From positions 1 to 64,000 of IMG/VR virus record IMGVR_UViG_3300020045_011333: a stretch of DNA of 64,000 nt. One strand, given 5' to 3'. Made by a program: the position numbers and the translations under genes. The notes beneath the pieces were generated by a model. The model was not told the DNA's origin. It saw nothing but the letters and a program-made list of their open reading frames with translations, and made no database searches. Of the stretch, positions 22,030 through 32,339 are shown in pieces; position 1 is the first letter of the stretch, and each line of letters begins with the position of its first letter. The DNA is from a virus.

Positions 22030-22288
22030 AGAGCCTTTTGGTAGGTTTATCGAGACGTGATATCTTGGATTTAGTGTCGTCGGAAAACCTCTGGCTCCAT
22101 TACATGCCGCCTAATCAACGGCTAGTAGAAGGTGGTGCTTCTATGATGAAGTCTCTGTGATGGAGACATATAAACACTCTCTTATCCGGGTAGGATCGCC
22201 AAGTGCTGGCGTAAGTCTAAGAGCGTGGAGTTCTCTTCTTACATTTATGGAGGAAGAGTAAGTAACGTTGAAGCGTAGTTAGGCAGCA
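22030..22288 (+). ncRNA. candidate structured ncRNA (long hairpin plus ~185-nt multibranch domain)
   Basis: ORF-free; nested helices TGCCGCCTAA/TTAGGCAGCA, TCAACG/CGTTGA, TAGAAG/CTTCTA, GTCTC/GAGAC, CACTCTCTTA/TAAGAGCGTG, CGCCA/TGGCG, CTCTTCTT/AGGAAGAG. Confidence 0.7.
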
Positions 22289-22528
22289 CCCGCTATTTTA
22301 AAAAGGAAAAAAGATGTATAAATGTATTTGCATAGTGTGTGACACAGAGTTAGAAAATTTCTCTAATAAAACCCTACATCCTAATGATGGACTAGCCTTT
22401 TATACCAACGGTCATTACGGCTCTACCGTTTTCGATCCTATGGATGGTAGTTATATGTCTATCGTTGTTTGCGATACATGCATCAAAAACTATGATTATA
22501 AGATGATTGAAGAAGGAAAATAATATTT

Positions 22529-23170
22529 ATGGAATCATTTCAGTACATCTTTGAACTTTATGCGCTAAGTGATAGGCATTATCACGACATTAACCATATC
22601 ATTAAGATGCTCAAAGGGGCATATCTTTATGGTGATCGGTCAAAAATTTTTGATACTGCTAAGACTGAAAGTGATTTCACATACTATGGTTTAACTCGTC
22701 CTCTATATGACGCCATCTTGTTTCATGATGTGATTTATAATATTCCTGCCATGAATGGTGAAAGTAATGAACAATTAAGTGCTGAAGAATACCAAACATT
22801 CGCTATGGATTTTGGTAGGCGAGATAAAGAAATTGAACAGGTTTCTAATATGATTAGGGCGACGGAACATCATTTCGATGGAACGTTGTATGATGATTAC
22901 CTAACTAACTTGCTACTTGATCTGGACATTCTAGGTTTTGCTGATGATTGGGTCTGCTTCGCAGCGACTCAGAAATTAGTTGATGCTGAGTTTCTGGCTC
23001 ATTATCCCAAGGAAGTTGTGCTTCAGGGCCGAAAAGATTTTTTAAAGAATATAGTTGATAATGAATTACTTCAATATAGAGTAATTGATAAAAATCATAT
23101 ATTTAGAAACAAAGCGTATGAAAATATTGAGACTTTGTTATTTCAATGGGAAAATATTTATGCTGACTGA
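22529..23170 (+). CDS. HD-superfamily phosphohydrolase
   Basis: RHYHDINHI, LFHDVIY, ATEHH, LDLDIL motifs. Confidence 0.8.
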   Translation: MESFQYIFELYALSDRHYHDINHIIKMLKGAYLYGDRSKIFDTAKTESDFTYYGLTRPLYDAILFHDVIYNIPAMNGESNEQLSAEEYQTFAMDFGRRDKEIEQVSNMIRATEHHFDGTLYDDYLTNLLLDLDILGFADDWVCFAATQKLVDAEFLAHYPKEVVLQGRKDFLKNIVDNELLQYRVIDKNHIFRNKAYENIETLLFQWENIYAD

Positions 23171-23942
23171 TCGTCAAAAAATTGACAAGCTAAGAAATTA
23201 TTTTGAGAGCTTTGCTATTCTAGAAGAAGATTATTGTGAAGATGTTTATAGTGATAGTGGTGGAAACTTTGATGACGCTTATGTATTAGGCACGGATTAC
23301 GCTTCTAGTAACATTGCTAAGTGTGTTCTTAAAATTTTAGGAGAATTTAACGATGTTTAGCATTATCAAAACTTCTGAAATAATCAGACTCAGAAATGAG
23401 TATGAAGAATTTAAATATAATATGGATTTTTATAAATACTATAACAGAACTATGGATGAAAAGTCTAAAGCAAATAAGGTCAAAAAGGAAGAAAAGATAA
23501 TGGCAGATAAATTTGAATTTACTCCTTTTTCTTATGGAAGTATTGCGAACCAAAATTGGTTTGAAATTGTTAGGGTTTCGGATGGTAAATTGTTAAAAGG
23601 TATAGGTTTTAAAACACTAGAAGATGCCTTGACAAGGGCTAGTGAAATTGTTATCCATTATCCATCGGAAACATTTTATATCATTGCTCCGGTTAAAGTG
23701 ATTAGAGCAGATATCCCTGTTATTACAGAGGATTATATCAATGGGCCACTATGATAGCTGTTACGATAGCGAATACGAAGAAAAGCAGAAAATTATTGAT
23801 GAACTTCGTGCAGATTCTTTAAAATTGCTTCAAGAATTAGAAATTAAAATGTACTCCCTAAACCTTAGAGGTTTGGAGCATAGCGAATATATCTTGACGC
23901 AGCTAAAGATTATTGGTAAGTTATTGAAATAATTTAAAGTTT

Positions 23943-24025
23943 GGCGCTGTAACCGTTCTTCTCTTCTAAAGAAGTAGACGTAATTGGAGTTGAAAATGCG
24001 GGTTCGATCCCTGCCAGCGTCTCCA
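23943..24025 (+). tRNA. non-canonical D-armless tRNA-like RNA with UCU (Arg) anticodon loop
   Basis: Acceptor GGCGCTG/CAGCGTC+T+CCA; only 8 nt before CTTCT-CTTCTAA-AGAAG; 23-nt variable region; T-arm GCGGG-TTCGATC-CCTGC. Confidence 0.7.
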
Positions 24026-25216
24026 TCACTCTAAAAATTGATTATAAATCATTTCTAAAATTGCAGGCTTATTTACTTCATAATAATTAACTCTAAGAAC
24101 TTTCCATCCTCGCTCAACCATTGCATAATCTCTTAAAATATCATGCTTCCTCTGTGCTGGTTTTTCGTGATGTTTTCCATCTACTTCTATTATAAGTTTC
24201 TTGTTTTTGATAACAAAATCTAAACGATAATATCCATATAAATTATAAGGGCTTTTAGCATACACTTCATTTCTAAATCTAACATTTTTACTTACAAGAA
24301 AATCTTCAAATTTTTGTTCTAACTTAGATTTCCTTCGAAATAAAAAATTTTCCCCCGTTGCTATTCTTTTTCTAACTAATCTAGTGCCTTGTAACTTGGA
24401 ATTAATTTTTAAACATTCATCGGAACAAGTAACCCGTTTACCTGAAGGTTTTGAACATATTTTACAATTCAGTTTTTTAGGTTTATTATAAATTCTATTA
24501 TAATTAATGATATTAGGCTCTATGCCATCATTTTTATCTTTTAAATGTCTATTAATTGCAGCACATGTTTTTGAACAACAGAGACCATTTTTAACATGTT
24601 CATTATAACAAATGATACAATATTTTGTTTCTGGAGTTTTAAATTTTACTATTTTAGGTTTAAACTTTATTCCTTCTTTATTTAAAAATACCCCTAGTAT
24701 TCTTCTGTTAGTTTGATTAGTTTTTAAGTTTAAAGATCGTAAAAGTTCAGCCATATTTCGGCAAATTTTAGCATTCTCTAAAATGGTTGTTTTGTCTAAA
24801 TTCAATCTAATAAAGTTTATCTCATCATCTGTTGTTTTAAATTTATTTTTAAATTCGGGTTCAGGCATATTTTTAATTGTAGAAATTATAGATTTTCGTT
24901 GTTTCTCTCTTGACTCTTTACTTCTAATGGAATTATTATAAATTGCAGCACATGAAGAGGAGCAAAATTTTTCTTGATACTTAATTAAAACTTCTTCACA
25001 TGTGAAGCATTTTCTGATAGGCTTTTGTTTACTTAATTTTTTATTTAATAAGAATTTAGTAAGATCAATATCATATTTTCTTATTTTTCTATTAAGAGTT
25101 CTTAAATGGCTACTAGTAACGGGTATATTTAAAACTTTTAAAACAGAGTTAAATTCATAGCAATTATTCATTGTTTCTTGTAAAAGCTCTTTAGTATAAT
25201 TATGTATTTTACTCAT
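24026..25216 (-). CDS. free-standing endonuclease, DUF559/Vsr-like PD-(D/E)xK domain with N-terminal Zn-finger repeats
   Basis: YRLDFVIKNKKLIIEVDGKHH...DILRDYAMVERGWKVLRV; three CxxC...CSxxC motifs. Confidence 0.82.
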   Translation of the reverse strand: MSKIHNYTKELLQETMNNCYEFNSVLKVLNIPVTSSHLRTLNRKIRKYDIDLTKFLLNKKLSKQKPIRKCFTCEEVLIKYQEKFCSSSCAAIYNNSIRSKESREKQRKSIISTIKNMPEPEFKNKFKTTDDEINFIRLNLDKTTILENAKICRNMAELLRSLNLKTNQTNRRILGVFLNKEGIKFKPKIVKFKTPETKYCIICYNEHVKNGLCCSKTCAAINRHLKDKNDGIEPNIINYNRIYNKPKKLNCKICSKPSGKRVTCSDECLKINSKLQGTRLVRKRIATGENFLFRRKSKLEQKFEDFLVSKNVRFRNEVYAKSPYNLYGYYRLDFVIKNKKLIIEVDGKHHEKPAQRKHDILRDYAMVERGWKVLRVNYYEVNKPAILEMIYNQFLE

Positions 25217-25357
25217 TTATTAACCTTTATTATTTTGATAATACACTATCATAAAAATTAATAAAAGTCAAGAAAATGGACGTTGATACATTTTTCGAAC
25301 TTATATAACATTATCTATTGACATTACTAATTAGTAATGATAATAACAAGTAAATTC

Positions 25358-25434
25358 GGAAGGTTAGCCAAGTCTGGTAAGGCTCTTTGCTCATAACAAA
25401 GCGATCACAGGTTCAAATCCTGTACCTTCTACCA
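25358..25434 (+). tRNA. tRNA with CAU anticodon (elongator Met or Ile2)
   Basis: GGAAGGT/ACCTTCT+A+CCA; CTTTG-CTCATAA-CAAAG; T-arm ACAGG-TTCAAAT-CCTGT; promoter TTGACA at 25318. Confidence 0.92.
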
Positions 25435-26269
25435 CTTAAAGTTGTAAGGATATAAAATGGATACGTATGAAGAAGACTACTTACTGAATGTAATTCTAGG
25501 TTATTCACCTAAGCAAATTTATGTTTTTAAAGATGATGAAATTATAGTCGCTAATGGGGCTTGGCGTCGTGTGGATCAAACCACTAGATGGAAATTCTAC
25601 CCGGATACAGAATAATATGGAAAACATTAATTTTTATGTTCATGATCTTGGCTATGATAATATGATTAGAGTTATCTATTTCAATGTTGATGGAGATAAT
25701 TATTGGTACGACATTAAAAATCCATTTTATCGCGAACATTATTTTTGGTTCCCTGAATCTTTGGGTTATGCTAAACTATATTTCATAGGTGAAGGATATT
25801 ATGTTCCTTCATGGGTCAAACAAGGATGTGGGTGGTAGTGAAATGGAAATAGTTTCTCAAGATTATCTTTTTTATGATATTTTAGGTTTAGATGATAGCT
25901 ATGAAAGCTTTGCTGGTCTAGATGAAATTCAAGTTTGTGCCGGGACGTGGCGTAGATTAGGTTTTTCAGATAATTGGTATTTCGAACGCGATCCTGAATG
26001 GGATAAATAATGAGATACGGTACTCAGGAATGGCACCCATTTTGTTACGATCAAATTCATGTCGGTTGCGCCGTGGTTAAAAAAGTTCCTACTGGTTTTG
26101 AATCTGTAATTGTTCCTTATCGCGAAGTTAAGTGTCATGGTTATTTGTGGTACAGATGGGATGAAAATAATAAATCAGTTATTGACACGGCTTGTGATAA
26201 GTGTTTAGCTAGTTTTCATTGTGATCAATTGGAGATGTTTTGATCACTGTATAAAAGCTTCGTTTCAGT

Positions 26270-26326
26270 CGGCTACGCATCCTTCAACAGAAGGATATTT
26301 TGTAGCTGGCGCTACAAAATAAGGAG
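26270..26326 (+). promoter_or_regulatory. leader with mutually exclusive hairpins next to an RBS
   Basis: TATTTTGTAGC-TGGC-GCTACAAAATA abuts AGGAG; the alternative CGGCTAC/GTAGCTG encloses ATCCTTC/GAAGGAT. Confidence 0.5.
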
Positions 26327-26332
26327 AAACAT

Positions 26333-28456
26333 ATGACTGATTTTCGTAAATTTTCTGCACTGATTCGTAGTCATTTTGATGAAATGTCCAAGGGCGAACT
26401 ATATGTGGTTGATATTTCTGGTGATGAGCTATGGGATGCTTATCTAGCCGCTTTCCCTGCCGGTACTAATGAAATTTATCGTACCCGCCGTGAATTTGAT
26501 TGCAGCGCGGATCGTAATTTTGTCAAGAATGTGGGTAATGTTGTTCAGATTGATAAGGGCAGTCTAATTTCTGTGTGGGACGCTGCATATGGTCGTACAC
26601 ATGGAGATAAGGAAATTGAATATCCTTTCAATATTGTTTCTGAAAAATTGGCAGAACTGGTTCGTTCAAAACTAATTAAAACTGTGTTTCGGACCAAAGA
26701 ATCTACTTATGGTGTTGAAGTAGCTCGTGAATTGCTTGCTGATGGCAAGGTTCATAATTGGTATAATTTCTATGTCAAGATCGCGGCAAAGCATAAGACG
26801 GATAAGCCAGAAGAAATTCGTGGAAAGCTTAATACAGAAGCTCAAGTCTTCCGGCGAGGTCTAGAAGAACTTACTCCTTATGCAGTCAAAACTGTTAAGG
26901 ATTTGGTGCATGATGAAATGTTCTACCGTAGCGAAGAACATAAGACTAAGGTTTATGAATTTGCTACTCTTCATGCAAAATATTCTAAGCTTAATTCTGA
27001 CGAAGCTCGTAACATTTTCATTTGGGAAAACATAAAGGAAAATATAAATTCTTATCTCACTGGTTTCAAGAATGAAGTTATTGGTTCACTTGTTGTTGAT
27101 CTAAGCAATGGTATTGATATAGAGACAGCAGTTAAGAAGTTTGAATCAAAGGTAGCTCCGGCGAACTATAAACGTTCAAAATCTCTCATCACTCCTGCCA
27201 TGATCCGAGATGCGATGAAGACTATTAATGAATTGGGCCTAGGATCAGCGCTAGAACGTCGCCACGCTCGTATCAGTGATGTAGGCATCAACGATGTTCT
27301 TTTCGTTGACAACAGCGTCAGAGGGGCTATGAAGGGTGGGATTGAAGGTCTACTAATGTCTAGTGCTGTAACGAAGACACCTGATCTTAAGAATCCCGTA
27401 GAAATTAATATTAAGGATTTCCTAGAAACAGTTGTTCCTAATGCAAAATCTATCGAAGTTGCGGTTAAGAATTCTCATTCCAGTAATTTCGTTAGTCTAA
27501 CAGCGCCAATTCATGATGAAGTTGAACGCTTGTTCAAGTGGGACAATAACTTTGCTTGGAGTTATGACGGCAATGTTACAGATTCTGATCTTCGTCAGAA
27601 AGTAAGTGCGGCTGGTGGTCGAGTAGACGGTGTGCTTCGTTTCAGTCATACTTGGAACTATGATGGGAATAATCAAAGCCTGATGGACCTTCATGTATTT
27701 ATGCCGGGGTGTGAACATACTTACCCAACTAGAATCACCAATGGTGAAGAAATTCATGATAATTATGGTGGTGGAAGACGCCGAGTAGGTTGGAATAATC
27801 GTCAAGATGTTACATCTGGTGGTATTCAAGACGTTGACTTCGTTAAGCCTCCGGGTAAAGCAGTTCCGGTTGAAAATATTACTTTTCCAGACATTAATCG
27901 TATGCCAGAAGGAAAGTATGTATTTAAAATTCATAATTGGCAATTCCGAAACGTTACTACTTCTGGTTTTAAGGCTGAAATTGAATTTGGTGGTCAGATT
28001 TTCACTTATGAATATCCAAAGGCTTTGAAGAATAAGCAATGGATTACACTTGCTGAAGTTATGCTTAAAAATGGTGTATTTACCATTGAACATAAGCTTG
28101 ATAGTAAAGCTGTTTCTCAAGAAAAGTGGGGCGTGAAAACTGAAACACTTGTTCCGGTTGATAGTATTGTGTTAAGTCCGAATCATTGGGAAGGCAAAGA
28201 AATCGGGAATAAACACTGGTTCTTTATTCTAAAAGATTGCTTGAATCCTGAGCCGGTACGCGGCATCTATAATGAATTTTTGTCACAAAAGCTTGATAAG
28301 CATCGCAAGGTGTTTGAAATTCTAGGTGATAAGACTAAGGCAGAACCTGTTAACGATCAACTTAGCGGAATTGGGTTTAGTTCAACTAAAAGAGATAGTT
28401 TGACAGCGGTTGTTCGTGGTGATAAGACTTCTAAGGTATACCAAATTAATTTTTAA
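26333..28456 (+). CDS. large conserved phage protein of unknown function (707 aa) with a TerD/YfaP-like internal segment
   Basis: Long ORF with strong RBS; GVLRFSHTWN...DLHVF...DVDF...VENI segment. Confidence 0.6.
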   Translation: MTDFRKFSALIRSHFDEMSKGELYVVDISGDELWDAYLAAFPAGTNEIYRTRREFDCSADRNFVKNVGNVVQIDKGSLISVWDAAYGRTHGDKEIEYPFNIVSEKLAELVRSKLIKTVFRTKESTYGVEVARELLADGKVHNWYNFYVKIAAKHKTDKPEEIRGKLNTEAQVFRRGLEELTPYAVKTVKDLVHDEMFYRSEEHKTKVYEFATLHAKYSKLNSDEARNIFIWENIKENINSYLTGFKNEVIGSLVVDLSNGIDIETAVKKFESKVAPANYKRSKSLITPAMIRDAMKTINELGLGSALERRHARISDVGINDVLFVDNSVRGAMKGGIEGLLMSSAVTKTPDLKNPVEINIKDFLETVVPNAKSIEVAVKNSHSSNFVSLTAPIHDEVERLFKWDNNFAWSYDGNVTDSDLRQKVSAAGGRVDGVLRFSHTWNYDGNNQSLMDLHVFMPGCEHTYPTRITNGEEIHDNYGGGRRRVGWNNRQDVTSGGIQDVDFVKPPGKAVPVENITFPDINRMPEGKYVFKIHNWQFRNVTTSGFKAEIEFGGQIFTYEYPKALKNKQWITLAEVMLKNGVFTIEHKLDSKAVSQEKWGVKTETLVPVDSIVLSPNHWEGKEIGNKHWFFILKDCLNPEPVRGIYNEFLSQKLDKHRKVFEILGDKTKAEPVNDQLSGIGFSSTKRDSLTAVVRGDKTSKVYQINF

Positions 28457-28775
28457 TAATCTTCTTCAAATTAATTTGAAGAAGATTTAGGAGATGTAAA
28501 TGAAATCTTATGCTGATAAAGTAGATAAAGAAAAAATTCCTAAATATCCTTATTTAGGTGTTTATTCTATTGATAAGGACTTTATTGTCTTATTTAATGA
28601 AGAGGACTGTGGTGTCGTAATTTTTTCAAACAATCTTTACCATGATTTAGGTATTTATCGTAAAGATTGGGATGAAGAAGATTTTGAAAAATACGAGGGT
28701 GAAATAACTCTTTCTAACTAAATTTTAACTCTCTTCCCGAAATGGTTCAGGAAGAACTTATATGGAGAAAATAAA

Positions 28776-29180
28776 ATGATAGATACAACTAATATTTTTG
28801 AAACAGCGGCCCGCAAGAAGCTTCGCTTCACTTCTAATCAGGGTGAGCTAACTACGGAACAGATTTGGGAACTGGCTGTAACTTCGGTTGATAGTCTGGC
28901 TCAAGGCGTTGCGGCAGAACTTGAAGCCGTGTCTAAGAAGAGCTTTATTCCTAAGCCAATGACTGCGGCTCAGATCACTAAGAAGGAAGCTCTTGAACTT
29001 CGCCTTGAAATTCTGAAGCATGTCATTACAACCAAGCTAGCAGAAGAAGAAGCCCGCAAGGCGGAAACGACTCGTAATTCTCGTCGTCAAAAGATTCTTG
29101 AAGCCCTTAGCGATAAGGAAGATGACGAATATAAGACAAAGAGCAAGGAAGAACTCCTTAAGGAGCTTGAAACTCTTTAA
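28776..29180 (+). CDS. conserved helical phage protein
   Basis: NIFETAARKKLRF...GELTTEQIWEL followed by a coiled coil; RBS GGAG. Confidence 0.6.
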   Translation: MIDTTNIFETAARKKLRFTSNQGELTTEQIWELAVTSVDSLAQGVAAELEAVSKKSFIPKPMTAAQITKKEALELRLEILKHVITTKLAEEEARKAETTRNSRRQKILEALSDKEDDEYKTKSKEELLKELETL

Positions 29181-29200
29181 TTTTAACCACAATTTATTTA

Positions 29201-29234
29201 ATAATCCGTATCTAAACAAGATACGGATTATTTT
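29201..29234 (+). terminator. intrinsic terminator-like hairpin
   Basis: 13-bp stem ATAATCCGTATCT/AGATACGGATTAT followed by T residues. Confidence 0.65.
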
Positions 29235-29266
29235 ATGTTTTTACTTATTTGGAATTTATAATAAAT

Positions 29267-30117
29267 ATGAATGTATTATCTTTATTTGACGGAATTAGCT
29301 GTGGTAGAATTGCATTAGAAAGAGCAGGGATTAAAGTAGATAAATATTATGCTTCGGAAATTGATCCTTATGCAATTAAAATTGCTCAAAAGAATTATCC
29401 CGATACAATTCAAATTGGGAATGTTACTGATCTAAATTATACGAATATGAGGGGGGGCAACTTAGTAACATTGATCTAGTCATGGGTGGATCACCTTGTC
29501 AAGGATTTTCGTTTGCCGGTAAACAATTAAACTTTGAAGACCCACGTTCTAGACTGTTTTTTGAGTTTGTAAGAGTTTTAAAAGAAATTAAACCAAAATA
29601 CTTTCTCTTAGAAAATGTCTCCATGAAACAAGAATATCAGGATATTATAACTGATCATTTAGGTGTTAAACCTATAGTAATCAATAGTAATATGTTCTCG
29701 GCTCAAACTAGAACCCGTCTTTATTGGACCAATATTCCTATAGAACCTTATACTGACAAAAAAATTAAGTGGGTGGATGTTGAGGAAATCGATGGTCCTC
29801 ACTTAGATAAATATCAAGTAAACCAAACTCCATCGAGAAAAATAATGTGGGGCGGTGGTTTGACTGGTAAGTGTCCTAATCTCTCTATAAGAGATAAATC
29901 TTGGTGTTTAACCACAAAAAAAGATCGTTGGAATAACGCTGGTTTGGTGGCTAGAAATGATTTTTGTAGGTTCATTACACCATTAGAGGCAGAGCGATTA
30001 CAAACCCTTCCTGATGGATATACCGAAGGTATTAGTGATACTAGGAGGTATCACGCCATTGGTAACGGTTGGACCGTAGATGTTTTGGCTCACATATTTA
30101 AAGGAATTGAAACATAA
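29267..30117 (+). pseudogene. C5 cytosine DNA methyltransferase split by a frameshift at a G7 tract
   Basis: Motif I LSLFDGISCG in frame 1; motifs GGSPCQGFS, LLENV, QTRTRLYW, RLQTLP, GNGW in frame 2; frames join at GGGGGGG 29451-29457 (G8 or G5 would restore the frame). Confidence 0.85.
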
Positions 30118-30551
30118 AGGGCTTTACGCCCTTTTCTTTTTATGATATGGTAAGTTATTCAATAGGAGAACAGTAATGGTTATTTTCTTTGACGGCGAAT
30201 GGTTTGCTTATAAATCAAATGGTGTAGATTGTATTGGAATTTATCCAAGTGAAGCTTTAGCTAAAGCGAAAGTTCTTAGCTATTATTAAGTAACTTAATA
30301 TCAAAGCCTCTCTAGGTAATCAAATATTTAAGAATATTTGATAAAAAGGAAAGTTAAATGACTGAGAAAACTTATAACAGTATTTGGGGCGCGATTTACG
30401 AAAATGAGCCGGAAAAGGCTGCGGATTTTAAAACTCTGTCTCGTCTTGCGTTAAAGTATCGGGACGAGGTTCAACTATTTTTTGGCTCAGAACAACAGTT
30501 CTCCGAGATGGAAATGATCTATTCAGAATTTAACAAGACAGGAGATTATTA

Positions 30552-30947
30552 ATGAAAATAGTAGCAGGTAAATATTATAAAACTCGTGACGGTCGCCGTG
30601 TCGGGCCTATGATTATTTCATACGATTTTAGGGGAGATATTGCTAAAAATCCTGAAAATAGTATTAGCGTGTGGGCCGAAAGCGGTACAAGAATTAAAGA
30701 AATTATGGGAAAAGAAGATCCTACTGATTTGATTGAGGAATGGAGTGATAAAGTAATGGAACAATCTCCTGTTAGAGAAGTTGTTACTCGTGAATTGGTA
30801 GGTGGAGATTATGGTAATCTAACTATTTATCGAGGTAGTGATAATGATTGGCGAATTGAAATGAACACATCTCGTCATACCGTGGCAGAGATTAGAGATA
30901 TGATTAAGGTGCTAACTGAAGTTGCTGATTACCTTTCTGCGAATTAA
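30552..30947 (+). CDS. modular hypothetical protein, paralog family A
   Basis: N-terminal KYYKTRDGRRVGPM domain plus SPVREVVTRELVGGDYGNLTI...TVAEIRDMIKVLTEVADYLS module. Confidence 0.6.
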   Translation: MKIVAGKYYKTRDGRRVGPMIISYDFRGDIAKNPENSISVWAESGTRIKEIMGKEDPTDLIEEWSDKVMEQSPVREVVTRELVGGDYGNLTIYRGSDNDWRIEMNTSRHTVAEIRDMIKVLTEVADYLSAN

Positions 30948-32339
30948 TTCGCAGAAAGGTATCTCTCTGAAGGTATCTAAAAGAAAAGGAGTAATATCAT
31001 GGCAGACATTCCTGTAGTAGGTAGAACATACAAAGACGTAATGCTCGATAGTGATACTTATGGTGAACTTTTTCTGTGTGTTGACTTAATTGATCTAGGC
31101 GTTTTAAAAGGGATTGATTATCAAATGAAGCATCTTAAAACTAATCAGATAAGTCGTTATGAAGAATTTGATTGGGAGTTGGTAGTAGAGTGATAGATTT
31201 TGTTAAAAACTTTGGAATACCTAATTCACTTTGCCTTTTCTTTCTGGCCGGAGTGTTGGCTGGGATGTTATTCATGGGAGTTATGATGTCACTATGATGA
31301 TTAAACCATGGGACGAAATTAAACCGTTAGAAAAATTTATGTTGGTGTGGAGTGTTATTCTTTTAGCACTTATTCCATTTGGAACAATTGATATTAATGA
31401 TTGGATTTTCTTGATCTTTGCCATTGATATCCATTTTCGTATTATTTTTCAAACTAGGTTTCACAATAATTTGTACTACAACATTTTTGGTTTTGTGATA
31501 GCACTTTTTACTTGCATCAGCGGAACGTGGTTCATATTTAATTAAACTTTAAGGAGGATTATGTGACAAAAAAGAAATCACTAGATGAGCTTCGCGAAGA
31601 ACTAGCTCCCTATATTAAAAAATATGAGTTTAAGACAATAATGCATATTGAAACTTGTACAAGGTATTGGGTGTATTCTATTCATTTCAAAGAAGATGAT
31701 ATGAGTATTTGGTTCGCGTATCACGTCGAGGGTGATTTGGGTGTGAGCTTTTCTAGGCCGATAGCTGAGTTGCTGGATGGAAGGTTTGAGCTATGATAAA
31801 AGTTAAAGAATTGGTTTGGACCTGTAGTCCTATCCATAAATACAAAGGAATTAATTTCATTACTCATAGTACCTCTTGACCAGTGTTTTGAATGTGGTAT
31901 GTTTGGTTATTGGAAGCAACCATGGAGTTACGGAAATGATTAAAAGCTCCATTCAAGTTGATTTGGCTTAATGCCAATGGTGAAGAAGAACGTCGCACAC
32001 ATCATAAGCGTCTTGATCTGGCTTATGCTCGGGCAGATGTATGGGATAAAAATTTGATTGTAGTGGATGAAACGAAATAATTCACAGAGAAGGAACTAGT
32101 CATGCATACTGAAGCAACAATCCTCGCTTATATTGAAACTAATAAAAATGGTGTAAGCTTTTCTTACAAAGATTACGACAAGAAAATTTTGAATGCTCTT
32201 GTGAAGTCTGGTAAAGTTATAAAGAGAAAATATTCAGTAAGAAATTACGATTATACGTCTTACAGACTGACATAAAAATTAAGGAGGCGAAAGTCTTTTT
32301 TTTATTGTTCTAATTGAAAAGAGAATTAGTGGTCTGCCT

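Noticed and set aside
22141-22175. Hammerhead ribozyme suggested by ATGATGA before a hairpin; also CTGATGAG at 44752
   Set aside because: The required GAAA after stem II and the stem III/UH geometry are absent in both.
31793-32080. TGA recoding (one frame with three internal TGA codons)
   Set aside because: TGA terminates many well-supported genes here; more likely a decayed gene.
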